Assembly: GCA_036497565.1 (NCBI GenBank)
Contig: DASXJE010000257.1
Span: forward strand, 12,532-76,531
Reading direction: 5' to 3'
Length of the DNA stretch: 64,000 nt
Source of the DNA: Mycobacteriales bacterium
GTDB taxonomy: Bacteria; Actinomycetota; Actinomycetes; Mycobacteriales; QHCD01
This document shows positions 63,220 to 64,000 of the stretch, piece after piece; positions within the stretch are counted from its first letter, which is position 1, and each line of letters starts with the position of its first letter. Under the pieces are notes generated by a model, which was not told the origin of the DNA, did no database searches, and saw nothing but the letters and a program-made list of their open reading frames with translations. The position numbers and the translations under genes were made by a program.

Positions 63220-63629
63220 CCGACGATTCCGGTTCCGTCGATCCCGCCGCCACGACGACGGCGGTGATCGCGACCGACGCGCGCATTCCCGCGGAGGAGC
63301 GCGGGCATCTCGTGATCGCCCCGAAGACGATCGAGCGGATCGCGCAGGCGGCCGCGGGCGAGGTCTCCGGCATCGTCCGGGAGTCACCGCGCAGTCGGTC
63401 CCGCTCGGCGACGCCCAACGTGCACGCGACCGCGCGCCTGTACGGCCAGTTCGCCCGGCTGCATCTCGACGTCGCCGCGCGCTACCCCGAGCCGATCCCC
63501 GACGTCGTCGCCGAGGTACGCCGACGGGTCACCGACCGGCTCCGTGAGCTCGCCGAGATCACCGTGACCAGCTGCGACGTCGACGTGACGAGCCTGCACC
63601 CGCCGTCCGCCGAACGACGGATCCGGTGA
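63216..63629 (+). CDS. Asp23/Gls24 family protein
   Basis: RGHLVIAPKTIERIA...YP.PI...VDVTSL; coupled start. Confidence 0.82.
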   Translation: MTDDSGSVDPAATTTAVIATDARIPAEERGHLVIAPKTIERIAQAAAGEVSGIVRESPRSRSRSATPNVHATARLYGQFARLHLDVAARYPEPIPDVVAEVRRRVTDRLRELAEITVTSCDVDVTSLHPPSAERRIR

Positions 63630-64000
63630 CGGCGATGCGCATCGTCAACCGGCTGCTCGCCGCGATCCTCGCGCTCGCCATCGCCGGCGCCGGCCTGCTC
63701 ACCGCCGTCGAAGTACTCGTCGCGCAGACCAACTGGGCGACCCCTCCCCTGCTGGTGCCCTATGACCAATGGCTGACGACGTTGCGGGCGCACACGTGGA
63801 AGGACACCCCCGTCCTGCTCATCTCGATCGGCGTCATCGTGGTCGGGCTGCTGCTCATCCTCGCCGCCGCGGCCGACCGGGACCGATCGCTGCGGATGAT
63901 CTTCACCCGACCCGAGATCCACGCGACCACCTCGCGACGCTCCCTCGCCCGCGCGTTGGAGAACGAGGCGGCGGCGGTCGACGGCGTCGGCTCGGCCAAG
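63626..64000 (+). CDS. DUF6286/AmaP-like membrane anchor protein (runs off the end of the window)
   Basis: Manual translation MRIVNRLLAAILALAIAGAG...GLLLILAA...SRRSLARALENEAAAVDGV. Confidence 0.72.
   Translation, partial: MTAMRIVNRLLAAILALAIAGAGLLTAVEVLVAQTNWATPPLLVPYDQWLTTLRAHTWKDTPVLLISIGVIVVGLLLILAAAADRDRSLRMIFTRPEIHATTSRRSLARALENEAAAVDGVGSAK

Overview
High-GC actinobacterial chromosomal window (lineage inferred from gene content only). A conserved backbone is visible at both ends: yvcK(partial)-rapZ-uvrC-uvrA plus an MBL hydrolase on the left; terC with a yybP-ykoY riboswitch, uvrB, glgX-treY-treZ and an Asp23/Gls24 operon on the right. Between uvrA and terC lie about 37 kb of accessory-looking genes: an MprF/DUF2156-type aminoacyl-lipid synthase flanked by two related His-motif membrane proteins, an enolase-superfamily/sugar-ABC/FadR catabolic unit, a group 1h [NiFe]-hydrogenase cluster (with an Fe3+-family ABC importer inserted, a nested 36-aa ORF, and only hypA/hypC), a kinase-LLM oxidoreductase fusion, an AlkZ-like glycosylase, a DUF4397/class F sortase pair, lon and several hydrolases. 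No tRNA, rRNA, integrase, transposase or CRISPR-cas was seen. Non-coding signals read directly from the sequence: PafBC/RecA-NDp-type promoters before uvrA and uvrB, two inverted palindrome doublets (REP/BIME-like), and an RBS-sequestering riboswitch platform. The best candidates for undescribed biology are the lipid-modification module at 7.8-11.8 kb, three small ORFs without a track entry of their own (nested hydrogenase sORF, Cys/His sORF opposite uvrB, HPD micro-J-domain ORF), and the hydrogenase-linked ABC importer. Family names come from recalled motifs; no database search was run.
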